A stretch of DNA of 64,000 bases from Actinomycetes bacterium. GTDB taxonomy: Bacteria > Actinomycetota > Acidimicrobiia > Acidimicrobiales > Aldehydirespiratoraceae. How positions within the stretch are numbered: position 1 is the stretch's first letter; every line of letters begins with the position of its first letter. Made by a program: the position numbers and the translations under genes. Below the pieces are notes generated by a model. The model saw nothing but the letters and a program-made list of their open reading frames with translations. It did not search any database and was not told the origin of the DNA. The stretch spans positions 64,191 to 128,190 of the forward strand of contig JAJRXC010000005.1 of NCBI GenBank assembly GCA_024276495.1. Direction: 5' to 3'. Of the stretch, positions 35,027 through 44,431 are shown piece by piece.

Positions 35027-37579
35027 ATGTTCGAGCGGTTCACCGACAGGGCTCGACGTGTGGTGGTGCTGGCGCAGGAGGAAGCGCGCCTGCTCAACCA
35101 CAACTACATCGGAACCGAGCACATCCTGCTCGGCCTCATCCACGAGGGTGAGGGCGTCGCCGCGAAAGCCCTCGAGTCGCTCGGCATCAGCCTCGAAGCC
35201 GTACGGAACCAGGTCGAGGAGATCATCGGCCAGGGCGGGTCCTCGCCCAGCGGACACATCCCGTTCACCCCGCGGGCCAAGAAGGTCCTGGAGCTGAGCC
35301 TGCGTGAAGCGCTCCAGCTCGGCCACAACTACATCGGCACCGAACACATCCTGTTGGGTCTGATCCGTGAGGGTGAAGGCGTGGCGGCGCAGGTGCTGGT
35401 CAAGCTCGGCGCCGATCTCAGCCGTGTCCGCCAGCAGGTCATCCAGCTGCTCTCGGGCTACTCCGGCTCCGGTGGTGGCGACAGTGGTGCCGGCGGCAGC
35501 GCGGAGAAGGCCGGCGCGACCACCGGGGGTTCCGGAGGCGACAGCGCCTCGGGTTCGCTGGTGCTCGACCAGTTCGGCCGCAACCTCACCCAACTCGCCC
35601 GTGAGAAGGGGCTCGACCCGGTCATCGGTCGAAGCCGGGAAACCGAGCGGGTCATGCAGATCCTCAGCCGCCGCACCAAGAACAACCCGGTGCTCGTGGG
35701 CGAGCCCGGCGTCGGCAAGACCGCGATCGTCGAGGGCCTCGCCCAGTCGATCGCGGCCGACCGCGTGCCGGAGACGCTCACCGGCAAGCAGCTCTACACC
35801 CTCGATCTCGGTGCCCTGGTCGCCGGGAGCCGCTATCGCGGCGATTTCGAGGAACGGCTCAAGAAGGTGCTCAAGGAGATCAAGACCCGCGGCGACATCA
35901 TCTTGTTCATCGACGAGATCCACACGCTCGTGGGCGCCGGCGCGGCCGAGGGCGCGATCGACGCCGCGTCGATCCTGAAGCCCATGCTGGCCCGAGGCGA
36001 GCTCCAGACCATCGGCGCCACGACGCTCGACGAGTACCGCAAGCACCTCGAAAAAGACGCCGCTCTCGAGCGTCGTTTCCAAAAGGTCGTCGTCGACGAA
36101 CCGACCGTGCCCCACACGATCGAGATCCTGAAGGGCCTGCGCGACCGGTACGAGACCCACCATCGGGTCACGATCACCGACCAGGCCCTCGTGGCTGCCG
36201 CGAACCTGGCCGATCGGTACATCGCCGATCGTCACCTTCCCGACAAGGCCATCGACCTGATCGACGAGGCCGGCTCGCGGCTGCGGATCAAGCGCATGGC
36301 CACCCCGCCCGAGCACAAGGAGCTCGAAGCCGAGATCTCCGAGGTCGTGCGCCAAAAGAAGGACGCGGTCGAGTCCCAGCAGTTCGAGGAGGCCGGTCGC
36401 CTGCGAGACAGGGAAAAGGAGTTGCTCGCCCGTCGCGAGTCGATGGAGGGCGAAGCGAAGGCCTCCGGTGTCGATCTCTTCGACGAGGTCGACGAGGAAG
36501 CCATCGCCGAGGTGCTGTCGCTGTGGACCGGGATTCCCGTCTACAAGTTGACCGAGGAGGAGACCGAGAAGCTCCTGCGCATGGAAGACGAGCTGCACAA
36601 GCGGGTCATCGGTCAAAACGACGCGATCAAGGCGGTGTCGCAGGCGATCCGGCGCACCCGTGCCGGCCTGAAGGACCCCAAGCGTCCGAGCGGTTCGTTC
36701 ATCTTCCTCGGCCCGTCCGGTGTCGGCAAGACCGAGCTGGCCAAGACCCTCGCCGAGTTCTTGTTCGGCGACGAGAGCGCCCTCATCAGCCTCGACATGT
36801 CGGAGTACATGGAGAAGCACACGGTCAGCCGCCTCGTCGGTTCCCCTCCCGGCTATGTCGGCTACGAAGAGGGCGGCCAATTGACCGAGAAGGTCCGGCG
36901 CAAGCCGTTCTCCGTGGTGCTGTTCGACGAGGTCGAAAAGGCCCACCCCGACGTCTTCAACACCTTGTTGCAGATTCTCGAGGAGGGTCGTCTCACCGAC
37001 AGTCAGGGTCGTTCGGTCGACTTCCGCAACACGGTCCTGATCATGACCTCGAATCTCGGCACCGCCGATCTGCGCAAGGCCCAGATCGGGTTCGGCACCG
37101 GCGACGAGGCCGTCAGCTACGAGAAGATGAAGGAGAAGGTCAACGACGCCCTGAAGCAGCACTTCCGGCCGGAGTTCCTGAACCGCATCGACGACACGAT
37201 CGTGTTCCACGAGCTCAGCCAGCCCGAGGTGCGCACGATCGTCGATCTCATGGTCAGTCGCACGGCCGAGCAGCTCAGCGGCCAGGGAATGGGCCTCGAG
37301 CTCACCGACGCGGCCAAGGATCATCTGGCTCGCAAGGGCTACGACCCCACGCTCGGTGCCCGTCCGCTGCGTCGGTCGCTGCAACGCCTCGTCGAAGACC
37401 CGCTCTCGGAGAAGCTCCTCTACAAGGAGTTCCGGGCCGGTGAGATCATCATCGTCGACGTCGAACCCGACCCCGAGACCGACGACGAGTTGATGATCGT
37501 CTTCCGGGCGATCGAGGGTTTCGAGCCTCCCGAGCCGGAGTTGGCCGACGCCGTCGACGGCGGTGAGCTCTTCTCGTAG
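35027..37579 (+). CDS. clpC: ATP-dependent Clp protease ATP-binding subunit ClpC
   Basis: Duplicated Clp-N repeats ([13 protein letters not shown]..., [14 protein letters not shown] twice), two AAA+ modules ([15 protein letters not shown]; [15 protein letters not shown]) and a UVR-like linker. Confidence 0.97.
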   Translation: MFERFTDRARRVVVLAQEEARLLNHNYIGTEHILLGLIHEGEGVAAKALESLGISLEAVRNQVEEIIGQGGSSPSGHIPFTPRAKKVLELSLREALQLGHNYIGTEHILLGLIREGEGVAAQVLVKLGADLSRVRQQVIQLLSGYSGSGGGDSGAGGSAEKAGATTGGSGGDSASGSLVLDQFGRNLTQLAREKGLDPVIGRSRETERVMQILSRRTKNNPVLVGEPGVGKTAIVEGLAQSIAADRVPETLTGKQLYTLDLGALVAGSRYRGDFEERLKKVLKEIKTRGDIILFIDEIHTLVGAGAAEGAIDAASILKPMLARGELQTIGATTLDEYRKHLEKDAALERRFQKVVVDEPTVPHTIEILKGLRDRYETHHRVTITDQALVAAANLADRYIADRHLPDKAIDLIDEAGSRLRIKRMATPPEHKELEAEISEVVRQKKDAVESQQFEEAGRLRDREKELLARRESMEGEAKASGVDLFDEVDEEAIAEVLSLWTGIPVYKLTEEETEKLLRMEDELHKRVIGQNDAIKAVSQAIRRTRAGLKDPKRPSGSFIFLGPSGVGKTELAKTLAEFLFGDESALISLDMSEYMEKHTVSRLVGSPPGYVGYEEGGQLTEKVRRKPFSVVLFDEVEKAHPDVFNTLLQILEEGRLTDSQGRSVDFRNTVLIMTSNLGTADLRKAQIGFGTGDEAVSYEKMKEKVNDALKQHFRPEFLNRIDDTIVFHELSQPEVRTIVDLMVSRTAEQLSGQGMGLELTDAAKDHLARKGYDPTLGARPLRRSLQRLVEDPLSEKLLYKEFRAGEIIIVDVEPDPETDDELMIVFRAIEGFEPPEPELADAVDGGELFS

Positions 37580-37647
37580 TCGATCCGATTCCGGTCCGAT
37601 TCCGGTCTGGTCACCGCGTCGGTCGCTGGGCGTCTAGCGTCATCCCA

Positions 37648-39114
37648 ATGCGTCGGGTCCACGTGCTGTTGTTGGGGGTGTTGGCCCTCGCCGCGAGCGC
37701 GTGCCGGGTCGACACCACCGTCGACATCGCGGTCGACGCCGATGGTTCCGGCACGGTGGTGGTGTCGGTGGTCGCGGATGCCGAAGCGGTGGCGTTGTTG
37801 CCCGATGCCCCCGACGGTTTGCGGTTCGAGGATCTCTCTGCGGCCGGCTGGGCGATCGAAGGGCCGGAGATCGATGCGGCCGGAGCCCTCACCTTCACCG
37901 CGTCGAAACCCTTCGTCGACGCCGACGATCTTCCTTCGGTGCTGGCCGAGATCGCCGGTGAGGGGGTGCTCTTCGTCGATGTGGCGCTCGAGAAGTCGCA
38001 CTCGTTCGACCGCATCGGGCTGGCCCCGGCGTCGACCGACTACCGGCTGACGGGAACGATCGATCCCTCGCCGGCCCTCGATGTCTTCGCCGACGAGTTC
38101 CTTCCCCCGTCGATCGATTTCAGCCGCCGGGCGACGTCGCTGCTCGGGAGCGGCGACGAGCTCAACTTGACCGTCCGGGTTCGGTTGCCCGACTCCGAGG
38201 CGACCGACACCGGCGAGATCGATGGCGAGGCGGTCGTCTGGGAGGTCGTCTACGGCGACGAGCCGGTGACACTCGACGCCCGGTCGTCGGTGGAGGACAT
38301 TCTTCCGCGGGTCTGGGCGATGGTCACCTTGTTGGCCTTCTTGTTGTTCATCGGTCTGGTTCTCGCCCGGTTGGCCGGGTTCGTGCTGGCGAAGCTCCGC
38401 ACGCCGAAGGGTCGTCGGCGCCGCGATGTGCGTCGTCGACAACATCGGGCGGCCACGAGGGCCGAGGAGGCGAACCGGCCCCGTCGCCGGATGCTGCGGC
38501 TGCTCGTGGTCGATGTCCACGGGGTGCTCGTTCGTCCCACCGACCCGTTGGAGGGGCTGCTGTTGCCGTTGATCACCGCGGAACGTCCGGATGTCGACGC
38601 GGGCCAGGTACGTGACCTGCACCGTCGTCTCGTGCTCGGGCGGGTGTCGGTGGAGGAGTTCTGGGCCGAGGTCGGGCTCGGTCCGGTGGCCGAGGAGATC
38701 GAGACGAAGTACCTGTCGTCGTTCCGACTCGTGCCCGGACTGCATCCGTTCCTCGATCGCATGCAGACGAGCCGGCTGCCGGTTGCCGCGGTCGGCAACC
38801 AGCCGCGGGTGTGGGGTGACCGGCTCCGACGCATGGCGGCCCTCGACAACGCGGTTGCATCGTGGATGGTGAGTGGCGATGTCGGCTCGATCCTGCCCGA
38901 ACCCGCCCTTTTCGAGGCGACCCGACGCACGATGTCGGTGGATCTCTTCGACTGCTTCTATCTCTCTAACGTGCCCGAGAACCTCGACGCGGCGAAGGAG
39001 CTCGGGATGGCGACAGGCCTCTTCGTCGCCGGCAACGAACCGGCGCCGGAGACCGAGCACACCGTCGTGCGGGGATTCGAGGACCTTCTTCGAAGCCGCG
39101 CCGGCCAACCGTGA
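37648..39114 (+). CDS. Fusion protein: LppM-like lipoprotein domain, a TM helix, and a HAD-like hydrolase domain with an atypical motif I
   Basis: Signal/lipobox-like LLLGVLALAASAC followed by RVDTTVDIAVDADGSGTVVV. TM helix VWAMVTLLAFLLFIGLVLARLAGFVL. Basic stretch. HAD-like region LLVVDVHGVL (DxH instead of DxD) ... GDVGSILPEP ... LSNVPENLDAAKELGM. Confidence 0.55.
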   Translation: MRRVHVLLLGVLALAASACRVDTTVDIAVDADGSGTVVVSVVADAEAVALLPDAPDGLRFEDLSAAGWAIEGPEIDAAGALTFTASKPFVDADDLPSVLAEIAGEGVLFVDVALEKSHSFDRIGLAPASTDYRLTGTIDPSPALDVFADEFLPPSIDFSRRATSLLGSGDELNLTVRVRLPDSEATDTGEIDGEAVVWEVVYGDEPVTLDARSSVEDILPRVWAMVTLLAFLLFIGLVLARLAGFVLAKLRTPKGRRRRDVRRRQHRAATRAEEANRPRRRMLRLLVVDVHGVLVRPTDPLEGLLLPLITAERPDVDAGQVRDLHRRLVLGRVSVEEFWAEVGLGPVAEEIETKYLSSFRLVPGLHPFLDRMQTSRLPVAAVGNQPRVWGDRLRRMAALDNAVASWMVSGDVGSILPEPALFEATRRTMSVDLFDCFYLSNVPENLDAAKELGMATGLFVAGNEPAPETEHTVVRGFEDLLRSRAGQP

Positions 39115-39167
39115 GGATCGGGAACCGGTCCGGCTCGGGCGTCACACCCGGGATCTAGGGTGCCGGC

Positions 39168-40523
39168 ATGGCCCGAACGAGAACCGTCCATCGATGCACG
39201 TCCTGCGGTGCCGCCGCACCGAAGTGGGCCGGTCGTTGCGACGGCTGTGGCGAGTGGAACACGCTCGTGGAAGAGCTCGACGTTCGCGACGAGCCGCTCC
39301 CGGTCGGCCGCCCGGCGAGCGTTGCCGTGCCGATCGCCGATGTGGTCGACGAGTCGGCCCGGATTCGCTCGACGGGGTTGGCGGAGGTCGATCGGGTCCT
39401 CGGCGGAGGCCTGGTCCCCGGTTCGGTGACCCTCGTCGGTGGTGAGCCGGGCATCGGCAAGTCGACCCTGTTGCTGCAGCTCGCGGGTTCGGTGGCCGCG
39501 GCCGGCCAAAAGGCGCTCTACATCTCCGGCGAGGAGTCGGCGTCGCAGGTGCGGGCCCGCGCCGCGCGGCTCGGCGCGCTCCACGAGGATCTCTGGCTCG
39601 TCGCGGAGACGGCGCTGCCCCATGTGCTCGACCATCTCGACACCGTGAAGCCGGAGGTCGTCGTCATCGATTCGGTGCAGACCCTCGTCAACCCGCTGCT
39701 GGGTTCGGCGCCGGGTTCGGTGGCCCAGGTCCGCGAATGCGCCCACGGGCTCGTTCAGGAGGCGAAACGCCGCGGGATCGCGTTGTTGCTGGTCGGTCAC
39801 GTCACCAAGGAGGGCACCCTCGCGGGGCCCCGGGTTCTCGAACACGTGGTCGACACCGTGTTGGAGTTCGACGGCGACCGCCAACACGGTCTGCGACTCC
39901 TGCGGGCGTCGAAGCACCGGTTCGGGCCGACGTCCGAGGTCGGTCTGCTCCAGATGGACGAGCTGGGTCTGGCGCCGGTCGATGATCCTTCCGGGCTGTT
40001 CCTGGCCGATCGGGTCACCGGCGTGTCCGGCTCCGCGGTGGTTCCCACGGTCGATGGCAACCGGCCCTTGCTGGTCGAGGTGCAGGCGTTGGTGGCGCCG
40101 TCCCAGCTCGCCACCCCGCGCCGCAGCGCGCAGGGCCTCGACCACGGCCGATTGGCGATGCTGCTCGCCGTGCTCGAACGCAGGGTCGGGCTTCCGGTGT
40201 CGAGCGCGGAGGTCTACGCCCTCGCCGTTGGCGGTGCCCGGGTGGCGGATCCAGGCGCCGACGCGGGCCTGGCCCTGGCGGTCGCGTCATCGCTCACCGG
40301 GCATCCGCTCGACGACGACCTCGTGATCGTGGGCGAAGTCGGCCTCGGGGGAGAGCTGCGCCATGTGAGCCACGTCAACCGGCGCCTGGGCGAGGCCGGT
40401 CGCATGGGCTTTCGGCGCGCGATCGTGCCCCACGCCACCGGCGAGGCCCCCGACGGGCTCCGGATCCTGCGGGCCCCGACGCTTGCCGCGGCGGTCCAGC
40501 TCGCCGGGGTGGGTCCGTCGTAG
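39168..40523 (+). CDS. radA: DNA repair protein RadA/Sms
   Basis: Zn finger CTSCGAAAPKWAGRCDGCGEWNT, Walker A GGEPGIGKSTLLLQ, KNRFG-type motif (SKHRFGPTSE) and a Lon-like C-terminal domain. Confidence 0.95.
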   Translation: MARTRTVHRCTSCGAAAPKWAGRCDGCGEWNTLVEELDVRDEPLPVGRPASVAVPIADVVDESARIRSTGLAEVDRVLGGGLVPGSVTLVGGEPGIGKSTLLLQLAGSVAAAGQKALYISGEESASQVRARAARLGALHEDLWLVAETALPHVLDHLDTVKPEVVVIDSVQTLVNPLLGSAPGSVAQVRECAHGLVQEAKRRGIALLLVGHVTKEGTLAGPRVLEHVVDTVLEFDGDRQHGLRLLRASKHRFGPTSEVGLLQMDELGLAPVDDPSGLFLADRVTGVSGSAVVPTVDGNRPLLVEVQALVAPSQLATPRRSAQGLDHGRLAMLLAVLERRVGLPVSSAEVYALAVGGARVADPGADAGLALAVASSLTGHPLDDDLVIVGEVGLGGELRHVSHVNRRLGEAGRMGFRRAIVPHATGEAPDGLRILRAPTLAAAVQLAGVGPS

Positions 40524-40556
40524 CGGCCGGGCCGCGGCGCGTGCGAAACTGCGGCG

Positions 40557-41204
40557 ATGCGCATCACCTTGCCCTCGGGAACCGCGGCGGAGGTCGCCGG
40601 TGAAGCCGGGTCCCGCGGCCTCGTCGTGGTCCCCGACATCATGGGGCTCCGTCCCCTTTTCGACGAGATGGTGGCCCGCCTGGCGATGGAGTGGGAGTGC
40701 CGGGTGTGTGCGCCGGACCTCTTTGCCGGTCACGAACACCTCGACCTGGCGGGTCGTTTCGCCGCGGCGGCGTCGTTGAACGACGACGATGTCCTCGGCG
40801 ACATGGTCGCGGCGGCCGAGGTCGCCGGCGGTGAACGGGTGGGCGCGATCGGGTTCTGCATGGGCGGGATGTACGTCACGAAGGCGGTGTCGACGGGCCG
40901 GTTCGACCGCCTCGTGCCGTTCTACGGGATGATCCGAGTCCCCGACGACTGGGCCGGAACCGGTCAGGGCGAACCCCTGGAGCATCTCGCCAAGGGAGAT
41001 CCGACGACGCTGCTCGCGATCGTGGGGACGGCCGACCCCTACACGCCGCCCGACGACGTCGCCGCGCTGGCGGCCACGGGCGCGCACATCGCCGCATACG
41101 AGGGAGCCGAGCACGCGTTCGTGCACGATCCCGAGCGTCCCTCGCATCGAGCCGGCGACGCGGCCGACGCCTGGCGTCGGGCCGGCGCCTGGTTGGGGAG
41201 CTGA
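40557..41204 (+). CDS. Dienelactone hydrolase family protein
   Basis: Alpha/beta hydrolase with a nucleophile elbow GFCMGG and a C-terminal AEHAFVHD. Confidence 0.8.
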   Translation: MRITLPSGTAAEVAGEAGSRGLVVVPDIMGLRPLFDEMVARLAMEWECRVCAPDLFAGHEHLDLAGRFAAAASLNDDDVLGDMVAAAEVAGGERVGAIGFCMGGMYVTKAVSTGRFDRLVPFYGMIRVPDDWAGTGQGEPLEHLAKGDPTTLLAIVGTADPYTPPDDVAALAATGAHIAAYEGAEHAFVHDPERPSHRAGDAADAWRRAGAWLGS

Positions 41205-41205
41205 G

Positions 41206-41865
41206 TCAGCGGGAGCGAATCGAGAGTTGCTCTCGATTGGTGATCACGTAGCGGCGGTCCGACTGGTCGAGCCAGCCGAGCTTCACGAACGACGCGATGG
41301 CCTTGTTGACCCGCTCACGACTCGCGCCGACCATGCCCGCCAACTCCTCCTGGGTGATCGGGAGGGTGAACTCGTCGTTGTCGCCGGCCAGCTCCAGCAG
41401 GCGTTTGGCGGTGCGGCCGGTGACGTCGAGAAAGACGCTGTCGGCGAGCGTCTCGTCCATCGATCGCAGGCGCGTGGCGAGGAGCTTGACCACGCTCCAA
41501 AGCTCGGCGGGCGCCACCTCGTAGAGGGCCCGCACCGGTGCGTAGGGGATCGCGATGACCGTCGAGGGCTCGAGGGCGCGTGCCTCCGCCGAGCGTCCGA
41601 GGCCGTCGAACAGGGGCATCTCGCCGAACAGGTCACCGGACTCCATCAACGCGACGACCGACTCCCGCCCGTCGACCGACTTGTTCGCGATCGCGATCCT
41701 CCCCGACGTGACGATGTAGAGCTGGTCCGACGGTGCGCCCTCGGTGAAGAGCACGTCGCCCCGGCGCAGGCTGCGTTCGGTCGCGGCCGCGGCGATCGCG
41801 GAGAGGTTCTCCTCGCTCACGTCGGCGAAGAGGAGTGTGGCGCGAAGAGTGCTGGTGTCAGACAT
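41206..41865 (-). CDS. crp: Crp/Fnr-family cAMP-responsive transcriptional regulator (GlxR/Crp-like)
   Basis: cNMP-binding region (GDLFGEMPLFDGLGRSAEARAL) and HTH (ITQEELAGMVGASRERVNKAIASF). The start ATG at 41863-41865 was chosen; the longer track ORF is shadow sequence. Confidence 0.9.
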   Translation of the reverse strand: MSDTSTLRATLLFADVSEENLSAIAAAATERSLRRGDVLFTEGAPSDQLYIVTSGRIAIANKSVDGRESVVALMESGDLFGEMPLFDGLGRSAEARALEPSTVIAIPYAPVRALYEVAPAELWSVVKLLATRLRSMDETLADSVFLDVTGRTAKRLLELAGDNDEFTLPITQEELAGMVGASRERVNKAIASFVKLGWLDQSDRRYVITNREQLSIRSR

Positions 41866-41883
41866 GGGCGGCCACCACACTAG

Positions 41884-41896
41884 TGAGGTGACCTCA
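41884..41896. promoter_or_regulatory. Perfect 13-bp palindrome TGAGGT-G-ACCTCA in the crp/ispD divergent intergenic region (candidate operator)
   Basis: Read directly. The left half with its flank (aGTGA) resembles a Crp half-site, but the right half does not fit TCACA at N6 spacing. Confidence 0.25.
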
Positions 41897-41919
41897 TCCT
41901 CTGCAGCGAAACGAACTCG

Positions 41920-42600
41920 ATGAGTGGCGACCGAACGGATGCGGTGTGGACGATCGTGGTGGCGGCCGGGGCCGGGACCCGTTTCGGCGGGCCGAAGCAG
42001 TTCCTCGATCTGCGGGGGATCCGGGTGGTCGATCGGGCCATCGCAGTCGCGGCCCGTCACAGTGACGGCGTGGTCGTCGTCACCCCGGCCGAGCCGGTGG
42101 CCGACACCGGGCCGATCGTGGCGCCACGGGGTGCAGGGCTCGAGGATCTCGGATTCGAAGTCGTGACCGGCGCCGCGTCGCGCACCGGCTCGGTGCGGCG
42201 TGGGCTGGCCGCGGTTCCGTCCGACGCGGCGATCATCTTGGTCCACGACGGCGCCCGCCCGCTCGCGTCCGACGAGATCTTCGTCCGGGTGATCGATGCC
42301 GTTCGGGCCGGCGCGCATGCCGTGACGCCGGCGGTTCCGGTGGCCGACTCGTTGCGTCGCCGCGACGGCGGGACCATCGACCGCGACGAGGTGGTCGCCG
42401 TCCAGACTCCACAGGGGTTCTCGGCCGCGGCGCTGCGGGCCGCCCACCGGTTCGCGGAGGAAGCCACCGACGACGTGACCGTTGTGGAGCGCGATGGTGG
42501 CAAGGTGGTGGTCGTGAACGGGGACCGACGCAATCTCAAGCTGACCACGCCGCTCGACCTCGAGATCGCCGGGTTGTTCCTCGACCGGGGCGGCCTCTGA
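41920..42600 (+). CDS. ispD: 2-C-methyl-D-erythritol 4-phosphate cytidylyltransferase
   Basis: VVAAGAGTRFGGPKQFL, ILVHDGARP, VQTPQGF. Confidence 0.9.
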   Translation: MSGDRTDAVWTIVVAAGAGTRFGGPKQFLDLRGIRVVDRAIAVAARHSDGVVVVTPAEPVADTGPIVAPRGAGLEDLGFEVVTGAASRTGSVRRGLAAVPSDAAIILVHDGARPLASDEIFVRVIDAVRAGAHAVTPAVPVADSLRRRDGGTIDRDEVVAVQTPQGFSAAALRAAHRFAEEATDDVTVVERDGGKVVVVNGDRRNLKLTTPLDLEIAGLFLDRGGL

Positions 42601-43085
42601 TGAGCGGAGAGATCCCGTTTCGGGTCGGTCACAGCTTCGACGTGCATGCGTTCAGTGATGATCCCGCTCGGGCGCTCGTGCTCGGTGGGGTGACCTTTCC
42701 GGGGGAGCGGGGGTTGGTCGGCCACAGCGACGCCGACGTGGTGGCCCACGCGTGCATCGACGCGCTCCTCGGGGCGGCCGGCATGGGTGACATCGGGATG
42801 ATGTTTCCCGATGCCGACCCGGCAATGGCGGGCGCCGACAGTGTCGAACTGTTGCGACGGGCGTCGGCGGCGGCGCGTGGCAACGGTTGGCGGCTCGCCA
42901 ACATCGCCTGCACGGTCGTGCTCGACCGGCCCCGGTTGATCGACGTGAAGGATCAGATGGAAGCGAATCTCGGTGCGGCGGCCGGTGCCCCGGTGACGGT
43001 GAGCGGCCGACGAACCGAAGGGGTCGGCTCCCTGGGCCGCGGTGAAGGTGTCGTGGCCTGGGCGGTCGCGTTGGTGGCCCGATGA
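42600..43085 (+). CDS. ispF: 2-C-methyl-D-erythritol 2,4-cyclodiphosphate synthase
   Basis: FRVGHSFDVHAF, GHSDADVVAHA, GDIGMMFPD. 1-nt overlap with ispD. Confidence 0.95.
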   Translation: MSGEIPFRVGHSFDVHAFSDDPARALVLGGVTFPGERGLVGHSDADVVAHACIDALLGAAGMGDIGMMFPDADPAMAGADSVELLRRASAAARGNGWRLANIACTVVLDRPRLIDVKDQMEANLGAAAGAPVTVSGRRTEGVGSLGRGEGVVAWAVALVAR

Positions 43086-44029
43086 GCCGGGGACCGCAGA
43101 AGGGACCGAAGGGGCGGGGTCCGAAGGGCGGCGCCGGCAATCGGTCGCGCTCGAACCGGCCGGCGGGGCGGGCGAAGGGCCGCGGCTCACGCGGTCGCGC
43201 CGCGACGCCCGGTCGGGGCCGCGACGGACAGCGGGGGACCACGCCCATTCGGGAGGCCGACGCCGGTCGGGGCCGCGACGGTTCCCTTGGGGGCGACCAG
43301 GTCGAAGGGCGCCACGCGGTGAGGGAGCTGCTCCTGGCCGGCACGCGACGCACCCGCGAGGTCGTGTTGGCCGGAGATCTCGATCCCGCGCCGATCCTCG
43401 ACGAGATCATCGACCTCGCCGACGAAGCGAAGGTCGCCATTCGCGAGCTGAGTCGGTCCAAGTTCGAGTCGATGACACGAACCGAGGCGAGTCAGGGGGT
43501 GCTGGCCCTGGCCCAGCCGCTGCGGCCGACGCCGCTCGAGGAGCTGATGCGACCCGACGTCGACGGATCGCCCCCGTTTCTCCTGCTGCTCGACAGCATC
43601 ACCGATCCCGGCAATCTCGGTGCGATCCTGCGGACGGCGGAATGCGCGGGGGTCACCGGAGTGGTGCTGCCCCGGCACCGGGCCGCCCACATCACCCCGA
43701 CGGTCGCGAAGGCGGCGGCCGGCGCGGTGGAGCATCTACGGATGGCCCTCGTCGCCGGGTTGCCGTCGGCGATGGCGACGTTGAGAGGGGACGGCATCTG
43801 GACGGTCGGGCTCGACGCGGGCGGTGACCGTTCGATTCATGATCTCTCGGTCGCCACCGAACCGCTCGCTCTTGTCCTCGGGGCCGAGGGACCGGGGCTG
43901 TCGCGACTGGTTCGTGAACGGTGCGACGCCGTCGCGTCGATCCCGCTGTCGGGCGTGCTCGACTCGCTCAACGTGTCGGCCGCCGCGGCAGTGGCCTGTT
44001 TCGATGTGGCGAGGCAACGCGCGCGCTGA
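43082..44029 (+). CDS. rlmB: 23S rRNA 2'-O-ribose methyltransferase (RlmB/SpoU TrmH family) with an Arg/Gly-rich N-terminal extension
   Basis: SpoU motifs LLLLDSITDPGNLGAILRTAE, LVLGAEGPGLS and IPLSGVLDSLNVSAAAAV. The first 75 aa or so are an RG-rich low-complexity stretch. Confidence 0.85.
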   Translation: MSRGPQKGPKGRGPKGGAGNRSRSNRPAGRAKGRGSRGRAATPGRGRDGQRGTTPIREADAGRGRDGSLGGDQVEGRHAVRELLLAGTRRTREVVLAGDLDPAPILDEIIDLADEAKVAIRELSRSKFESMTRTEASQGVLALAQPLRPTPLEELMRPDVDGSPPFLLLLDSITDPGNLGAILRTAECAGVTGVVLPRHRAAHITPTVAKAAAGAVEHLRMALVAGLPSAMATLRGDGIWTVGLDAGGDRSIHDLSVATEPLALVLGAEGPGLSRLVRERCDAVASIPLSGVLDSLNVSAAAAVACFDVARQRAR

Positions 44030-44031
44030 CG

Positions 44032-44104
44032 AGCCCGAGACAGGAGTCGAACCTGCGACCTGCTGTTTACAAGACAGCTGCTCTACCAACTGAGCTACTC
44101 GGGC
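44032..44104 (-). tRNA. tRNA-Thr (anticodon UGU), 73 nt, CCA not encoded
   Basis: Reverse complement: GCCCGAGTAGCTCAGTTGGTAGAGCAGCTGTCTTGTAAACAGCAGGTCGCAGGTTCGACTCCTGTCTCGGGCT. Anticodon loop CTTGTAA. Confidence 0.95.
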
Positions 44105-44167
44105 GTTCCTGACAGCGTAGGGCCCGCCCGGCTCCACCCATGCGTCGGTTTCTGCAAGGCTGGGGGG

Positions 44168-44431
44168 ATGGAGCTCACTGATGGTGAACGTGCGATGCTC
44201 GATCTCGAGCGGTCGTGGTGGACCGAGCCCGGTCCGAAGGAAGCGACGATCAACGTGCGCCTGGAGATGTCGACGACCCGCTATCACGAGTTGTTGAACG
44301 AGCTCATCGACCGGCCGGAGGCCGAGAACCACGACCCGCTCGTGGTTCGGCGCCTTCGACGGATGCGTGATCGGCGACGTCGTTCCCGCATCGGACATGG
44401 TGGCGCGACCAGCGAGGAACAGAGCCGATGA
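44168..44431 (+). CDS. DUF3263 domain protein
   Basis: LTDGERAMLDLERSWWTEPGPKEATINVRLEMSTTRYHELLNELIDRPEA matches the DUF3263 pattern as I recall it. Confidence 0.65.
   Translation: MELTDGERAMLDLERSWWTEPGPKEATINVRLEMSTTRYHELLNELIDRPEAENHDPLVVRRLRRMRDRRRRSRIGHGGATSEEQSR

Noticed and set aside
34910-37384. An 824-aa ORF on the minus strand opposite clpC. Similar long antisense ORFs occur at 24951-27038, 53167-54918, 60473-62068, 62129-63514, 37420-39108 and 16979-18196.
   Set aside because: These are high-GC shadow ORFs. Their translations are Arg/Gly/Pro/Asp-rich with no motifs, and the opposite strand encodes unmistakable conserved proteins (ClpC, TilS/Hpt, LivH, Amt, GlnD, TopA).
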